DNA of 64,000 nucleotides from Dehalococcoidia bacterium (GTDB lineage: Bacteria; Chloroflexota; Dehalococcoidia; Plut-88900). Below, piece after piece: positions 38,361 to 48,603 of this stretch. The stretch spans positions 768,001-832,000 of the forward strand of contig CBDFLQ010000007.1 in NCBI GenBank assembly GCA_965249275.1. Direction: 5' to 3'. The first letter of the stretch is position 1; each line of letters opens with the position of its first letter. The position numbers and the translations under genes are program-made. The notes under the pieces were generated by a model. That model made no database searches and had not been told where the DNA came from. It saw only the letters and a program-made list of their open reading frames with translations.

Positions 38361-39566
38361 ATGGAAAACAACACTGCCGAAGCCGTAGTCATCGGGGCGG
38401 GGATTGTGGGCAGCAGCATTACGCACTATCTCTCGGAGAAGGGGATGGGTGTGACACTGCTGGACAAGGGGTCGATCGCGGGTGGGGCCACGGGCAAGGC
38501 CACTGCGGTCATACGGATGCACTACACGAACCCCTGGGACTCGGCGATGGCGAAGATTGGCGGGGATGTTTACTCGAACTGGGGAGACCTGATCGGTGGG
38601 GAGAGCGGTTTCGTCAACTCGGGGTTTGTGTTCATTGTCGGGGAGGGCGAAGAGGAGAAGCTGCGGGCCAACGTGGACATCCTCCGACAGGAGGCCGGTA
38701 TAAACACCTACGCCCTGGACCCCGAGTTCCTTCAGGAGCTCCTGCCCGAATGGTACGTCGGAGACGTCGGGGCGGCGGCCTACGAGCCCGACAGCGGATA
38801 CGGCGACCCTCACTCCGCTGCAACGGGCTTCGTGCGGCGGGCGCAGGAGTTGGGAGCGGAGGTGTCGCAGGGAGAAGAGGTGCTGAGGATTATTGAGGAG
38901 GGGGGCCGGGTGACGGGGGTCGAGACTAGCAAGAGGACTATTTCAACGGAAAAGGTGGTCTTGGCGGGCGGAGCGTGGTCGAAGGGGTTGGGGGCCGGGG
39001 TGGGACTCGACCTGCCAATCAACTGTATGATGCTATCTATTGGGGTGCTGAAGAGGCCGCCGGTGCTGCACGGGAGTCATCCCGCCTGCATTGATGCGGC
39101 GAACGGCATCTATTTCAGGCCCGAGCCTGGAGAGTTGACCCTGCTCGGATTCAGCAGTGTCGTCGACAGGCATGAGTCCCCCGAGAACCTGGACCCCGAC
39201 AACTACGATACTGAGCCCGACATGAGATGGTCCCTGCGGACCAGCCGCAGGATCGCGTCCCGGATACCGGCGATGGAAGACGCCGCATGGGTGAGGTCGT
39301 GGAGTGGGGTGGACGGCAACACGCCGGACGGACACCTGATTCTGGATAAGGCGCCGGGAATAGATGGCTTGTACCTGGCGGTGGGGATGAGCGGCACGGG
39401 TTTCAAGGTCGGACCCGCGGTTGGCAAGTGCATGTCGGAGCTGATCGTGGATGGGAAAGCGTCGAGTGTCGACATCCGGCCCTTCCGGTTGGCTCGCTTT
39501 GAAGAGGGGGAGGTACTGGTGGGGAAGCATGAATACAACTACTATCTGTTCAAGCAGGATGAATAA
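38361..39566 (+). CDS. FAD-dependent oxidoreductase (sarcosine oxidase beta/DadA family)
   Basis: IGAGIVG, GATGKATA, YEPDSGYGDP, TPDGH, GMSGTGFK. Confidence 0.9.
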   Translation: MENNTAEAVVIGAGIVGSSITHYLSEKGMGVTLLDKGSIAGGATGKATAVIRMHYTNPWDSAMAKIGGDVYSNWGDLIGGESGFVNSGFVFIVGEGEEEKLRANVDILRQEAGINTYALDPEFLQELLPEWYVGDVGAAAYEPDSGYGDPHSAATGFVRRAQELGAEVSQGEEVLRIIEEGGRVTGVETSKRTISTEKVVLAGGAWSKGLGAGVGLDLPINCMMLSIGVLKRPPVLHGSHPACIDAANGIYFRPEPGELTLLGFSSVVDRHESPENLDPDNYDTEPDMRWSLRTSRRIASRIPAMEDAAWVRSWSGVDGNTPDGHLILDKAPGIDGLYLAVGMSGTGFKVGPAVGKCMSELIVDGKASSVDIRPFRLARFEEGEVLVGKHEYNYYLFKQDE

Positions 39567-39581
39567 AGGGGGAGACTGGGA

Positions 39582-40595
39582 ATGAAAGATGTCAGTTTCA
39601 TAACCGATTATGTCGGAATCCCGACCTTCTACAATGCTCCGCAAATTAAGCTGGATGACGTGAAAGAAGGCATGGCGGTGGTCGCAGGGGCACCCATCGA
39701 CATGGGCATCCTGTTCATGAGGCCCGGGACGCGTTTCGGGCCGAGGAGCATCCGGGAGGCGTCCCTGATGTACAGGGGTCTGCAGGACGTCGCCTCCGAA
39801 AAAACCTCGGTGAACGTGGACACGCACATCGCCCGGCGCTTGAAGCCGCAGATCAACATCGGTGACCTGGGCGACTTCCACGTTAACCCGCAGGACATCA
39901 TGCAGACGACGGATTCGGTGATTGAGGGCATCGCCGACATAGTGAAGCTGGGAGGGGTACCGGTCCTGCTGGGTGGTGACCACTACCTCGCATATCCGGG
40001 TTTCGAGGGGTTTGCCAAAGGGTTGATGGAGCGGGGTGAGAGCCCGAAACTAGGCTATGTGCACATAGACACCCACACCGACTTCCGGGACAGATACGGG
40101 GATTTGGGGCGGTACAACCACGGCACATGCGCCCGACGGATCAGTGAGAACTCCGTGGTGTCCTACAAGAACATGAGCTGGGTCGGGCTGAACGGGACGA
40201 TAATGGACGCCGACATCTACCGGATGTACAAGAAGCAAGAGCTGAAGATGTCGACGGCCAATGACGTTCGTACGCATGGGATGGAGCACGTGCTTCGGCA
40301 GGCTATAGAGGAAGCGGCAGACGGAACGGACGCGGTCTACGTGAGTGTGGACATCGACGTCGTGGACGCATCTCAGGCACCCGGGACAGGGGCACCGGTT
40401 TTCGAAGGCATTCAGGCGACGGACCTGCTTGAGGCGATGTCAATATTGAGCGAATACGAATGCGTGAAGGCGATTGACCTTTGCGAGGTGTCCCCGCCTA
40501 TCGACTCGAACGGCAGGACAGCCTACCTGGCGGCCAGTGCCCTCGTCGGGTTCCTGGGCAATTACCTGTTCGACGTGGTGGACCTGGACAGCTAG
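39582..40595 (+). CDS. Ureohydrolase (agmatinase/arginase family), copy 1
   Basis: RPGTRFGPRSIR, GGDH, DTHTD, NHGT, SVDIDVVD, APGTG, DLCEV. Confidence 0.92.
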   Translation: MKDVSFITDYVGIPTFYNAPQIKLDDVKEGMAVVAGAPIDMGILFMRPGTRFGPRSIREASLMYRGLQDVASEKTSVNVDTHIARRLKPQINIGDLGDFHVNPQDIMQTTDSVIEGIADIVKLGGVPVLLGGDHYLAYPGFEGFAKGLMERGESPKLGYVHIDTHTDFRDRYGDLGRYNHGTCARRISENSVVSYKNMSWVGLNGTIMDADIYRMYKKQELKMSTANDVRTHGMEHVLRQAIEEAADGTDAVYVSVDIDVVDASQAPGTGAPVFEGIQATDLLEAMSILSEYECVKAIDLCEVSPPIDSNGRTAYLAASALVGFLGNYLFDVVDLDS

Positions 40596-40653
40596 GCAGA
40601 GATATGACCGTAGTGGTCGGGGCCGGGGCTCGACAAGAACTAGGAGACATGAC

Positions 40654-41667
40654 GTGAAAGATATTGGATTTATTACCACGTACGTCGGGATCCCGACTTT
40701 CTACAACGCTCCGTATATCGGGTTGGAGGACGTGAAAGAGGGGATGGCAGTGGTGGTGGGAGCGCCAATCGACAACGGCATCCTGTTCCCAAGGCTCGGG
40801 GCCCGGTTCGGCCCGAGAAGCATCCGTGAGGCGTCCCTTATGTACAGGGGTCTCCAGGACGTTGCCTCCGAAAAGACCTCGGTGAACGTGGACACGCACA
40901 TCGCCCGGCGGCTGAAGCCGCAGCTAAACCTGGGGGACATGGGTGACTTCCACGTTAACCCGCAGGACATCATGCAGACAACGGAATCGGTGATCGAGGG
41001 TATGTCGGACATCGTGAAGCTGGGAGGGGTCCCGATCCTGCTCGGCGGCGACCACTACCTGGCATACCCGGGTTTCGAGGGGTTTGCGCGGGGGCTGATG
41101 GAGAAGGGTGAGAATCCCAAGTTGGGGTACGTGCACATAGACAGCCACACGGACTTCCGGGACGGGTACGGGGATCTGGGACGGTACAACCACGGCACCT
41201 GCGCCCGAAGGATCAGCGAAAACTCCGTGGTGTCCTACAAGAACATGAGCTGGGTCGGGTTGAACGGCAGTGTTATGGACGCCGACATCTACAGGATGTA
41301 CAAGAAGCAAGAACTGAAGATGTCCACGGCGAAGGACGTTCGGACCAATGGGATGGAGCACGTGCTTCGGCAGGCGATAGAGGCAGCTGCGGACGGTACG
41401 GACGCGGTCTACGTCAGCGTGGACATCGACGTTGTCGACGCGTCCCATGCGCCCGGGACCGGAGTGCCGGTATTCGAGGGCATCGGGGCGAGGGACTTGC
41501 TGGAGGCAATGGCGATACTGAGCGAATACGACTGCATCAAGGCGCTGGACCTGTGTGAGGTGGCCCCACCCCTCGACCCGACCGGCAATACACCGTACCT
41601 GGCAGTCAATGGCCTCCTCGGCTTCCTGGGCGACTACCTGTACGACGTGGTTGATTTGGACAGCTAA
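40654..41667 (+). CDS. Ureohydrolase (agmatinase/arginase family), copy 2
   Basis: Close paralog; GGDH, DSHTD, SVDIDVVD; GTG start after AGGAG. Confidence 0.92.
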   Translation: MKDIGFITTYVGIPTFYNAPYIGLEDVKEGMAVVVGAPIDNGILFPRLGARFGPRSIREASLMYRGLQDVASEKTSVNVDTHIARRLKPQLNLGDMGDFHVNPQDIMQTTESVIEGMSDIVKLGGVPILLGGDHYLAYPGFEGFARGLMEKGENPKLGYVHIDSHTDFRDGYGDLGRYNHGTCARRISENSVVSYKNMSWVGLNGSVMDADIYRMYKKQELKMSTAKDVRTNGMEHVLRQAIEAAADGTDAVYVSVDIDVVDASHAPGTGVPVFEGIGARDLLEAMAILSEYDCIKALDLCEVAPPLDPTGNTPYLAVNGLLGFLGDYLYDVVDLDS

Positions 41668-41708
41668 GCCAGGGGAAGATTTCGCTTCTCACTCGCAGCA
41701 TGGTGTAA

Positions 41709-43271
41709 ATGCAAATGTTTGATCTACTGATTTCAGGCGGCCGAGTCATTGACGGCACGGGACAGACCTGGTTCCGCGCCGACGTGGGCGTGACCGGGGA
41801 CACGGTGACCGTCATCCGGGGGGAAGCGTCGGGAGTTCAGGCCGCGCGCACCATCGACGCCACGGGCTGTGTCGTCTCCCCCGGCTTCATCGACATGCAC
41901 TCCCACTCGGACCTCGCACTCCTGAACAACCCCAGGCACGAGGCCAAGCTCGCGCAAGGTGTCACGACGGACGCCCTGGGCCAGGACGGCCTGTCCTACG
42001 CCCCATCTTCTCCCGAAAAACTTGAGCAGCTCCTCTGGTACCTGGCCGCAGTCAACGGCAAGCCCCCGCCCGACATCCGTTGGGGCTCCGTAAAGGAGTT
42101 CCTGGACCTCTTCGATGAGAGGGCCGCATGCAACGTCGTCTACTTCGTGCCCCACGCCGCGGTCCGGGTCGAGGCTATGGGCTGGGAGCAGCGCCTCCCG
42201 AATGATGACGAGCTTTCCCACATGAAGTCCCTTGTCGAAGAAGGGATGAGGGACGGCGCATTCGGCTTCTCCACGGGCCTCACCTACGTCCCCGGCACCT
42301 ACAGCGACACGCATGAACTGACGGAGGTCTGCAAGAGTCTCCGGGCTTACGGCGGCACCTACATCACCCACTGCCGCTACCACCGGGGCGACGGTCTCCT
42401 GGACCCGTTCAGGGAGGCGATAGACATCGGCGCCGAGGCTGGGGTCTCGGTCCAGATTTCCCATTTCCACAGCCCCCTGGACGGCATGGGCGAGCGAATG
42501 ATCGGACTCATAGATGAGGGCCGCAACCGGGGCGTGGACGTCACCTTCGACCAGTACCCTTATCCCGCAGCCAGCACCCTATTACTCTCCCTGGTCCCGG
42601 CCTGGGTTCACGCCGGCGGGCCTTCCAGCTTCATGGCCCGAATCAACGATCCCGGTGTCCGCGAACAGATCGCCGACAGCGTCAACCCTCAATGGGGCGG
42701 CGACATGAGCGATTACGTTTTCAGCCAGATCGGCTCCGACAAGAACAAGGAGTGGGAGGGCCGGTCCCTGGAAGACATGGCTCGGGCCTGGGACAAGTCC
42801 ATAGTCGACACCGTTTGCGACCTGCTGATAGAGGAAAACCTGGATGTCGCTTTCGTAGCGCGAACGGGCAACCCCGACAACATACGCACCATCCTTCAGC
42901 ATCCAGCGCACATGGTCGGGAGTGACGGTCTGCTCACGGGCAACAAACCCAACCCACGTACCTACGGCACCTTCCCCTACCTGCTTGGTCAGCTGGCCCG
43001 TGACGAGGGCGTGGTCTCCCTTGAAGAAGCCGTGCGGAAGATGACATCCATCCCGGCGCAGAGGCTCGGGCTTTCGGATCGTGGGATTCTCCGCAATGGC
43101 ATGAAAGCCGACATCGTGGTCTTCAACCCCGACACCGTACAGGCAACGGCCACCTTCGATGAGCCAGAGCAGCTGCCCATCGGCATCTACTACGTTGTCG
43201 TCAACGGCAAGCTAGTCATCGACCGGGGAGAGCATACGGGGGCGCTGCCGGGTCGGGCCCTACGCCACTAG
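41709..43271 (+). CDS. N-acyl-D-amino-acid deacylase (D-aminoacylase)
   Basis: PGFIDMHSHSD, QGVTT, FSTGLTYVPG, DQYPY, GSDG, PRTYGTFP. Confidence 0.92.
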   Translation: MQMFDLLISGGRVIDGTGQTWFRADVGVTGDTVTVIRGEASGVQAARTIDATGCVVSPGFIDMHSHSDLALLNNPRHEAKLAQGVTTDALGQDGLSYAPSSPEKLEQLLWYLAAVNGKPPPDIRWGSVKEFLDLFDERAACNVVYFVPHAAVRVEAMGWEQRLPNDDELSHMKSLVEEGMRDGAFGFSTGLTYVPGTYSDTHELTEVCKSLRAYGGTYITHCRYHRGDGLLDPFREAIDIGAEAGVSVQISHFHSPLDGMGERMIGLIDEGRNRGVDVTFDQYPYPAASTLLLSLVPAWVHAGGPSSFMARINDPGVREQIADSVNPQWGGDMSDYVFSQIGSDKNKEWEGRSLEDMARAWDKSIVDTVCDLLIEENLDVAFVARTGNPDNIRTILQHPAHMVGSDGLLTGNKPNPRTYGTFPYLLGQLARDEGVVSLEEAVRKMTSIPAQRLGLSDRGILRNGMKADIVVFNPDTVQATATFDEPEQLPIGIYYVVVNGKLVIDRGEHTGALPGRALRH

Positions 43272-43357
43272 CAGCCCTTTCGGTTGACGGCCTTCGAGTG
43301 GTGGATGTAGCCTATTCCAAGGTTCGTTTGCACTGACCCTGAAGGGGAGGCACCCGG

Positions 43358-44329
43358 ATGACTGAGCAAGTCTTCGACATGGAAAAGTTCCAGGAGCAGG
43401 GCTATCTCGTGGCCCGGGACGTGCTGGACCCCGAGGTTGACCTCGCCCCTGTATTCACCGAGTACGAAGAACTGCTCGACCGTCTCTCTCGCATCTGGCT
43501 CCAAAGGGGCACGATCTCCAACACATTCGAGGGTCTACCGTTCAACGAACGGCTCGTCCAGATAGCCATCGCCACCCGAGGCAACTACTACCCCTACGTC
43601 GACATCTCCTTCACCCAGACCGACGTCGAAGAGCGTATGCCCGTCCACTCGGGCCCCGCAGTATTCAACTTACTCAGAAGTCCCCGTATGCTGGATGCCG
43701 TCGAGCAGTTCATCGGCCCGGAGATATATTGCAACCCCGTCCAGCATGTCCGTATCAAGCCACCCGAGAGCGCCCTCCCGGAAGACATGCTTAGCGACTC
43801 GTCGGTCGGGTACACGGCATGGCACCAGGACCAGGGCGTCATTATCCCCGATGCCGATGAATCTGACATTCTCACCGTCTGGCTCCCGGTCATAGAGGCC
43901 ACGGAGGAGAACGGCTGCATGGTGGTAGTGCCCGGAAGCCACAAGGCCGGGCTGGTGCCTCACTGCCCTCCCAAACCCAATGTGAAGCACGTGCACATTC
44001 TTGAAGAGCGACTCGGCGGAGACGCGATAGCTGTGCCCCTCAAGCCCGGCGACCTTCTATTCATGCACAAGCTGACCATGCACTGCTCGCTGCCCAACCG
44101 CAGCAACGACATTCGCTGGAGCTTCGATCTCCGCTACAACCCCACCGGCCAGGCTACGGGTCGGCCCTGGTTCCCCGGTTTCGTCGCCCGCAGCAAGGCC
44201 AACCCCGAGTCCGTCCTATCTGACCCAGACGAGTGGGCAACTCTCTGGGAGCGTGCCGGCGAAGTTCTGGCCAAGGGCCCGACTCCCGTCTACAACCGCT
44301 GGAGCCCCGGCGACCCCCTCTGCGCGTAA
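43358..44329 (+). CDS. PhyH-family 2OG-Fe(II) dioxygenase
   Basis: WHQD, LTVWLP, ENGCM, PGSHK, MHCSLPNRS, RWSFDLRY. Confidence 0.92.
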   Translation: MTEQVFDMEKFQEQGYLVARDVLDPEVDLAPVFTEYEELLDRLSRIWLQRGTISNTFEGLPFNERLVQIAIATRGNYYPYVDISFTQTDVEERMPVHSGPAVFNLLRSPRMLDAVEQFIGPEIYCNPVQHVRIKPPESALPEDMLSDSSVGYTAWHQDQGVIIPDADESDILTVWLPVIEATEENGCMVVVPGSHKAGLVPHCPPKPNVKHVHILEERLGGDAIAVPLKPGDLLFMHKLTMHCSLPNRSNDIRWSFDLRYNPTGQATGRPWFPGFVARSKANPESVLSDPDEWATLWERAGEVLAKGPTPVYNRWSPGDPLCA

Positions 44330-44770
44330 CCCTTTACTAATCGACAGATGGGCGGGGCGTCCATGACTCGCGCTGATAGGCAGGGCCGCTCGTGTTGTCG
44401 AAGATCCGCCGAGGCGGAAACCTGTAAGAGTATGAGCAGCGGGGCAGGTGATACCCGATTGTGACATGAGCCTATTGCCCCAGTCCCTACCCGCCCCCCT
44501 ATAATGTCCCATGCGTCCCTCTTCCCCATTACCTGTACCCTCAACCTTGGGAGAACGCGGGGATTTTCTCGCGGAACAATCAGACAGGCACGAGTATTTG
44601 AATGAGTCAATCAAAAACGCCGCTTTTGGCGGGTTGCAAGCCCCGTCGCCATTAACTGAAACCGTTACAGGTCGCTAATCAACGATAAGAGTCCAGCGTA
44701 AGGGCAGGGAGTCGGCGATGCTGTACACTAAGGGACACCAGTCCCGACACTAAATCGGAGGTCATATTTC

Positions 44771-45979
44771 ATGAGAGAAGTAGCCATTGTCAGCCCTGTT
44801 CGCACGCCGGTCGGAAGGTTCGGGGGAACCCTCAAAGACATACCTGCAGAGGACTTGGGGGCCTTGATTATCCGGGAGGCGGTGTCGAGGTCGGGGGTGG
44901 ACCCGGAGAGAATTGATGAGGTTGTGTTGGGACACGGGTATTCCAGCGGGGAGAACCCGGCCATTGGTAGGTTGTGCGCCATGAAGGCCGACCTGCCACT
45001 ACAGGTAACGGGTTACCAGCTGGACCGGAGGTGCTCGTCGGGGCTGCAGGCGATATTGAATGCTGCAATGCTTGTCCAGACCGACAATGCCGACGTGGTG
45101 ATCGCGGGCGGAGCGGAGAGCATGAGCGGGGTAGAGTACTACACCACCAAGGCTCGGTGGGGAGGCCGGATGGGGTCCATGACTCTCCACGACCGGCTGG
45201 TAAGGAGCAGGGAGGCGTCGTCTCCCGAGGAGAGGTTCGGATACATAGCCGGGATGATCGGGACGGCGCAGAACGTTGCCGATCATTACGAGATTTCCAG
45301 GGAAGAGCAGGACGAGTATTCCTTGCGCAGCCATCAGCGCGCTGTGGCCGCAGTAGAGGCGGCCAAGTTCAAGGATGAGATAGTTCCGGTTCCCGTGCCC
45401 CAGCGCCGGGGCCCACCCGTGATGTTCGAAGCGGACGAGGGGCCCCGCAAGGACACCTCAATGGAATCCCTGGGCAAGCTGAGGCCGTTGATGAAGGACG
45501 GCTCGGTGACGGCGGGCAACTCTAGCTCACAGAACGATGCCGCGTCGGTGTGCCTGGTGGTTGCAGCAGATAAGCTGGACGAGTTGGGACTCGAGCCGAT
45601 GGCCTACCTGAAGGGATGGGCGTCGGCGGGGGTGCACCCGGCCTACATGGGGGTCGGGCCTGTGCCGGCAGTCAACAAGCTGTTTGCCAAGACGGGATAC
45701 GGATGGCGTGACATCGACCTTATCGAGTTGAACGAGGCCTTTGCTTCCCAGGTACTCTCAGTCGTGCATCAATGGCAGGCCCCCAGGGACGACATCCACG
45801 AGATTCTGAACGTTAATGGGTCGGGGATATCCCTCGGTCACCCCATAGCGGCCACCGGGGCCCGGATCCTGGCAACGATGTTGTATGAGATGAAGCGCCG
45901 GGGCTCGAAGCTCGGGTTGGAGACGATGTGCGTGGGCGGAGGGCAGGGCGTAGCCGCACTGTTCGAGCTGGCGGCGTAA
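44771..45979 (+). CDS. Acetyl-CoA C-acyltransferase (thiolase)
   Basis: RRCSSGL, GGAESMS, ELNEAF, LGHPIAATG, MCVGGGQG. Confidence 0.95.
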   Translation: MREVAIVSPVRTPVGRFGGTLKDIPAEDLGALIIREAVSRSGVDPERIDEVVLGHGYSSGENPAIGRLCAMKADLPLQVTGYQLDRRCSSGLQAILNAAMLVQTDNADVVIAGGAESMSGVEYYTTKARWGGRMGSMTLHDRLVRSREASSPEERFGYIAGMIGTAQNVADHYEISREEQDEYSLRSHQRAVAAVEAAKFKDEIVPVPVPQRRGPPVMFEADEGPRKDTSMESLGKLRPLMKDGSVTAGNSSSQNDAASVCLVVAADKLDELGLEPMAYLKGWASAGVHPAYMGVGPVPAVNKLFAKTGYGWRDIDLIELNEAFASQVLSVVHQWQAPRDDIHEILNVNGSGISLGHPIAATGARILATMLYEMKRRGSKLGLETMCVGGGQGVAALFELAA

Positions 45980-45993
45980 CAGGCTATTAAGCC

Positions 45994-46953
45994 ATGACTA
46001 CATCACTCTTTTCCGTCTATAGCCAGCGGGAGAACCGTGTCACGGCTGCCTTTCTGGCTGTTTTGGAAAGGTTGAGCCTACCGAATATGGATCGCATCCT
46101 GCAAGCACTGCTTGGGAACAGGGACTTTAGGTTAGTTAGGTTCCAAAATCAGCCCGCGGGAATCAAATCTAGACCCGACGGCATTATCAAGACAAGCTCC
46201 TCCATCTGGATTGAGACCAAGACAAGCGAAAATGTGGTGGACCACGACCAAATTTCCAGACACCTAGAGGGCCTCCAGGGCAAGCAGAAGTTGCTTCTAC
46301 TGACACCAGATGACTTCAGGCCTGCATGCCTGCACAAAGATGTCTCATGGTCGAACTTCATCACTTTAACCAAGGCTATCCGGAAAAGTCTCGACGATAG
46401 GGATGACCCCGCCTCCGAGAGGGAAGCGTTTCTGCTCAGAGAACTCATAAGGCTGTTTGATGATCAAGGACTCTTAGTTTCTACCGAGAAGAGAGTTCTT
46501 GTATTTCCCGCTCCGGGTGCATGGCCTATGTATCGGAGCCTAAGTGTATATAGAAGATCGACTGGTAGATCATTCCGAAAATCGGCCTATATAGGCTTCT
46601 ACACTGATGGTGAAATCAAACCGACCGTGCCCAGAATTAAGTCGGAAATCAAGTCCATTGACCTTAGAAACCAAGAGCAGATCGAAACACTTGATGAAAA
46701 ACAGAGAGAGTACGTACAAGAGCTCAAGAAGAAGATAGACAGTAACGCATTGTGGCATCAATTCCCCCATGCTTTTCACCTGATGTTTTTAAGTGATCCA
46801 GACGATGAAGAAACTGTGAAGTTGACAAACTCTGTCAAGAACGACAAGAAAGGCAGAGGCGGGAAGGGGACTGCGTTTACTCAGAGCTTTACATACGTCA
46901 ACTTGGATAAACTAAAAGTAGCGCGCACTACTGGAGACCTTAGAGATGGCTGA
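45994..46953 (+). CDS. Hypothetical protein, PD-(D/E)xK nuclease-like
   Basis: QRENRVT...SRPDGII...IWIETK...QISRH; lower GC. Confidence 0.65.
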   Translation: MTTSLFSVYSQRENRVTAAFLAVLERLSLPNMDRILQALLGNRDFRLVRFQNQPAGIKSRPDGIIKTSSSIWIETKTSENVVDHDQISRHLEGLQGKQKLLLLTPDDFRPACLHKDVSWSNFITLTKAIRKSLDDRDDPASEREAFLLRELIRLFDDQGLLVSTEKRVLVFPAPGAWPMYRSLSVYRRSTGRSFRKSAYIGFYTDGEIKPTVPRIKSEIKSIDLRNQEQIETLDEKQREYVQELKKKIDSNALWHQFPHAFHLMFLSDPDDEETVKLTNSVKNDKKGRGGKGTAFTQSFTYVNLDKLKVARTTGDLRDG

Positions 46954-46988
46954 TGTTCCGTTACGGGCTGAAATAACCTGTTTTTGAC

Positions 46989-47669
46989 ATGAACGGAATC
47001 CACGACATGGGTGGCATGCACGGATTTGGCCCCGTGCCCATCGAAACCGATGAGCCGGTCTTCCACGAGCCTTGGGAGGGTCGGGTATACGCTATGGCAA
47101 TCGCTGCGGGGCAGAAACGGCTCATGGCGCCCGGAGGTCTGAGGCCGTTCATCGAGGAACTGGAGCCGGCGCGTTATCTGAGGTCAAGCTACTACGAAAG
47201 GTGGATGGGTGCGCTGGAAGACGCCCTTGTCAGGAAGGGCGTTACCACCAGGGAGGAGCTTGACGGCCTGACGGCGCATTTCGCAGAGGACCCGGAGTCC
47301 GTGCCCGAGCGCCGTGAGGATCCCGGGCAGGCTTCCACTATGGCGGCGGCCATATACAGGCACAGATCGCCGCAACGGGAGACCGAGGCGGAGCCAAGAT
47401 TCAAGGTCGGGGATCGGGTGCGGGCACGCACTATCAACCCGCAGGGCCATACTCGGCTGCCGAGATATATACGTGGAAGATCGGGTGTCGTGACCCGGCT
47501 GCACGGGGTGCACAGCTTCGACGACACCAAGGCGCAAGGGCTCGGGCCCCAGCCTCAGCACATCTATAACGTCAGGTTCGAGGCGCGGGAACTCTGGGGC
47601 GAAGAGGCATCGGAAACGGAATCGGTTTATATCGACATGTGGGACAGTTATCTGGACTCAGAGGACTAG
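46989..47669 (+). CDS. nthB: Nitrile hydratase beta subunit
   Basis: MNGIHDMGGMHGFGP, FHEPWEGR, SYYERW, GHTRLPRYIRG, ELWG. Confidence 0.96.
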   Translation: MNGIHDMGGMHGFGPVPIETDEPVFHEPWEGRVYAMAIAAGQKRLMAPGGLRPFIEELEPARYLRSSYYERWMGALEDALVRKGVTTREELDGLTAHFAEDPESVPERREDPGQASTMAAAIYRHRSPQRETEAEPRFKVGDRVRARTINPQGHTRLPRYIRGRSGVVTRLHGVHSFDDTKAQGLGPQPQHIYNVRFEARELWGEEASETESVYIDMWDSYLDSED

Positions 47670-47672
47670 GCA

Positions 47673-48305
47673 ATGAGCGAACACCACGACGATCATGACC
47701 ACGAGCACGAGGCGGAATCCTATGCCTCGCTGCGTACCAAGGCACTGGAATCCCTGCTTGTGGAAAAGGGCTACGTTACCACAGACGCCATCGATGCGCT
47801 GGTGAAGACCTACGAAGAGGACATAGGGCCCATGAACGGGGCCAGGGTCGTGGCCAGGGCGTGGGTCGACCAAGAATACAAAGCGCGCTTGCTACAGGAT
47901 GGGACCAAGGCTATCGCAGAATTGGGGTTCCAGGGAGCGGAAGGTTCGGAGATTGTGGTTTTGGAGAACACGGCGAATGTCCACAACGCCGTTGTCTGTA
48001 CGTTGTGCTCATGCTACCCGTGGCCGGTGCTCGGCCTCCCGCCGACGTGGTACAAGTCCTTCGCGTACCGTTCTCGGATGGTAATCGAGCCGCGAGAGGT
48101 GCTGAAAGAGTTCGGGATGGATGTAGAGGAGTCGATCGAGTTACGGGTCTGGGACAGCAACGCAGAGATCAGATACATGGTTCTGCCCGAGCGGCCATCC
48201 GGGACGGAAGGGATGAGCGAGGACGAATTGGCCGAGCTGGTGACAAGGGACTCGATGGTCGGGGTGGCTAAGGCTCGGATGCCGGAGGCGGTGGGGAGGG
48301 GTTAG
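47673..48305 (+). CDS. nthA: Nitrile hydratase alpha subunit, Co-type
   Basis: [10 protein letters not shown] (CTLCSC-Y cobalt signature), [18 protein letters not shown]. Confidence 0.97.
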   Translation: MSEHHDDHDHEHEAESYASLRTKALESLLVEKGYVTTDAIDALVKTYEEDIGPMNGARVVARAWVDQEYKARLLQDGTKAIAELGFQGAEGSEIVVLENTANVHNAVVCTLCSCYPWPVLGLPPTWYKSFAYRSRMVIEPREVLKEFGMDVEESIELRVWDSNAEIRYMVLPERPSGTEGMSEDELAELVTRDSMVGVAKARMPEAVGRG

Positions 48306-48366
48306 GCTGAGACCGGACCCAAAGGTTGTGCCGTAGGCGAGTAGTGGCCGGACAGGAGAAAATACG

Positions 48367-48603
48367 ATGGCAATAATCGAAAAGGAAATCATCGCCTATG
48401 ATCTGATGCGCGATGAGCTTGAGGCGAAGCACCATGGTGAATGGGTTTTGGTGCATGACCAGAAGTTAATTGGCCTCTATAAAACGTTCCAAGAAGCGGC
48501 CAACATAGCAACTAGGAGGTTCGGGCGCGGGCCATACCTAATAAAGAAAATCGGGGAAGGCCCGCTCAAATTGCCATCCAGTGTGCTGTTCAGGAAGCTC
48601 TGA
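48367..48603 (+). CDS. DUF5678-like small protein
   Basis: ELEAKHHGEWVLVHDQKLIG...FGRGPYLIKKIG. Confidence 0.7.
   Translation: MAIIEKEIIAYDLMRDELEAKHHGEWVLVHDQKLIGLYKTFQEAANIATRRFGRGPYLIKKIGEGPLKLPSSVLFRKL

Noticed and set aside
44330-44770. ncRNA in the 440-bp PhyH-thiolase gap
   Set aside because: Only promoter-like hexamers (TATAAT 44500-05) and weak stems; no convincing structure or known motif.
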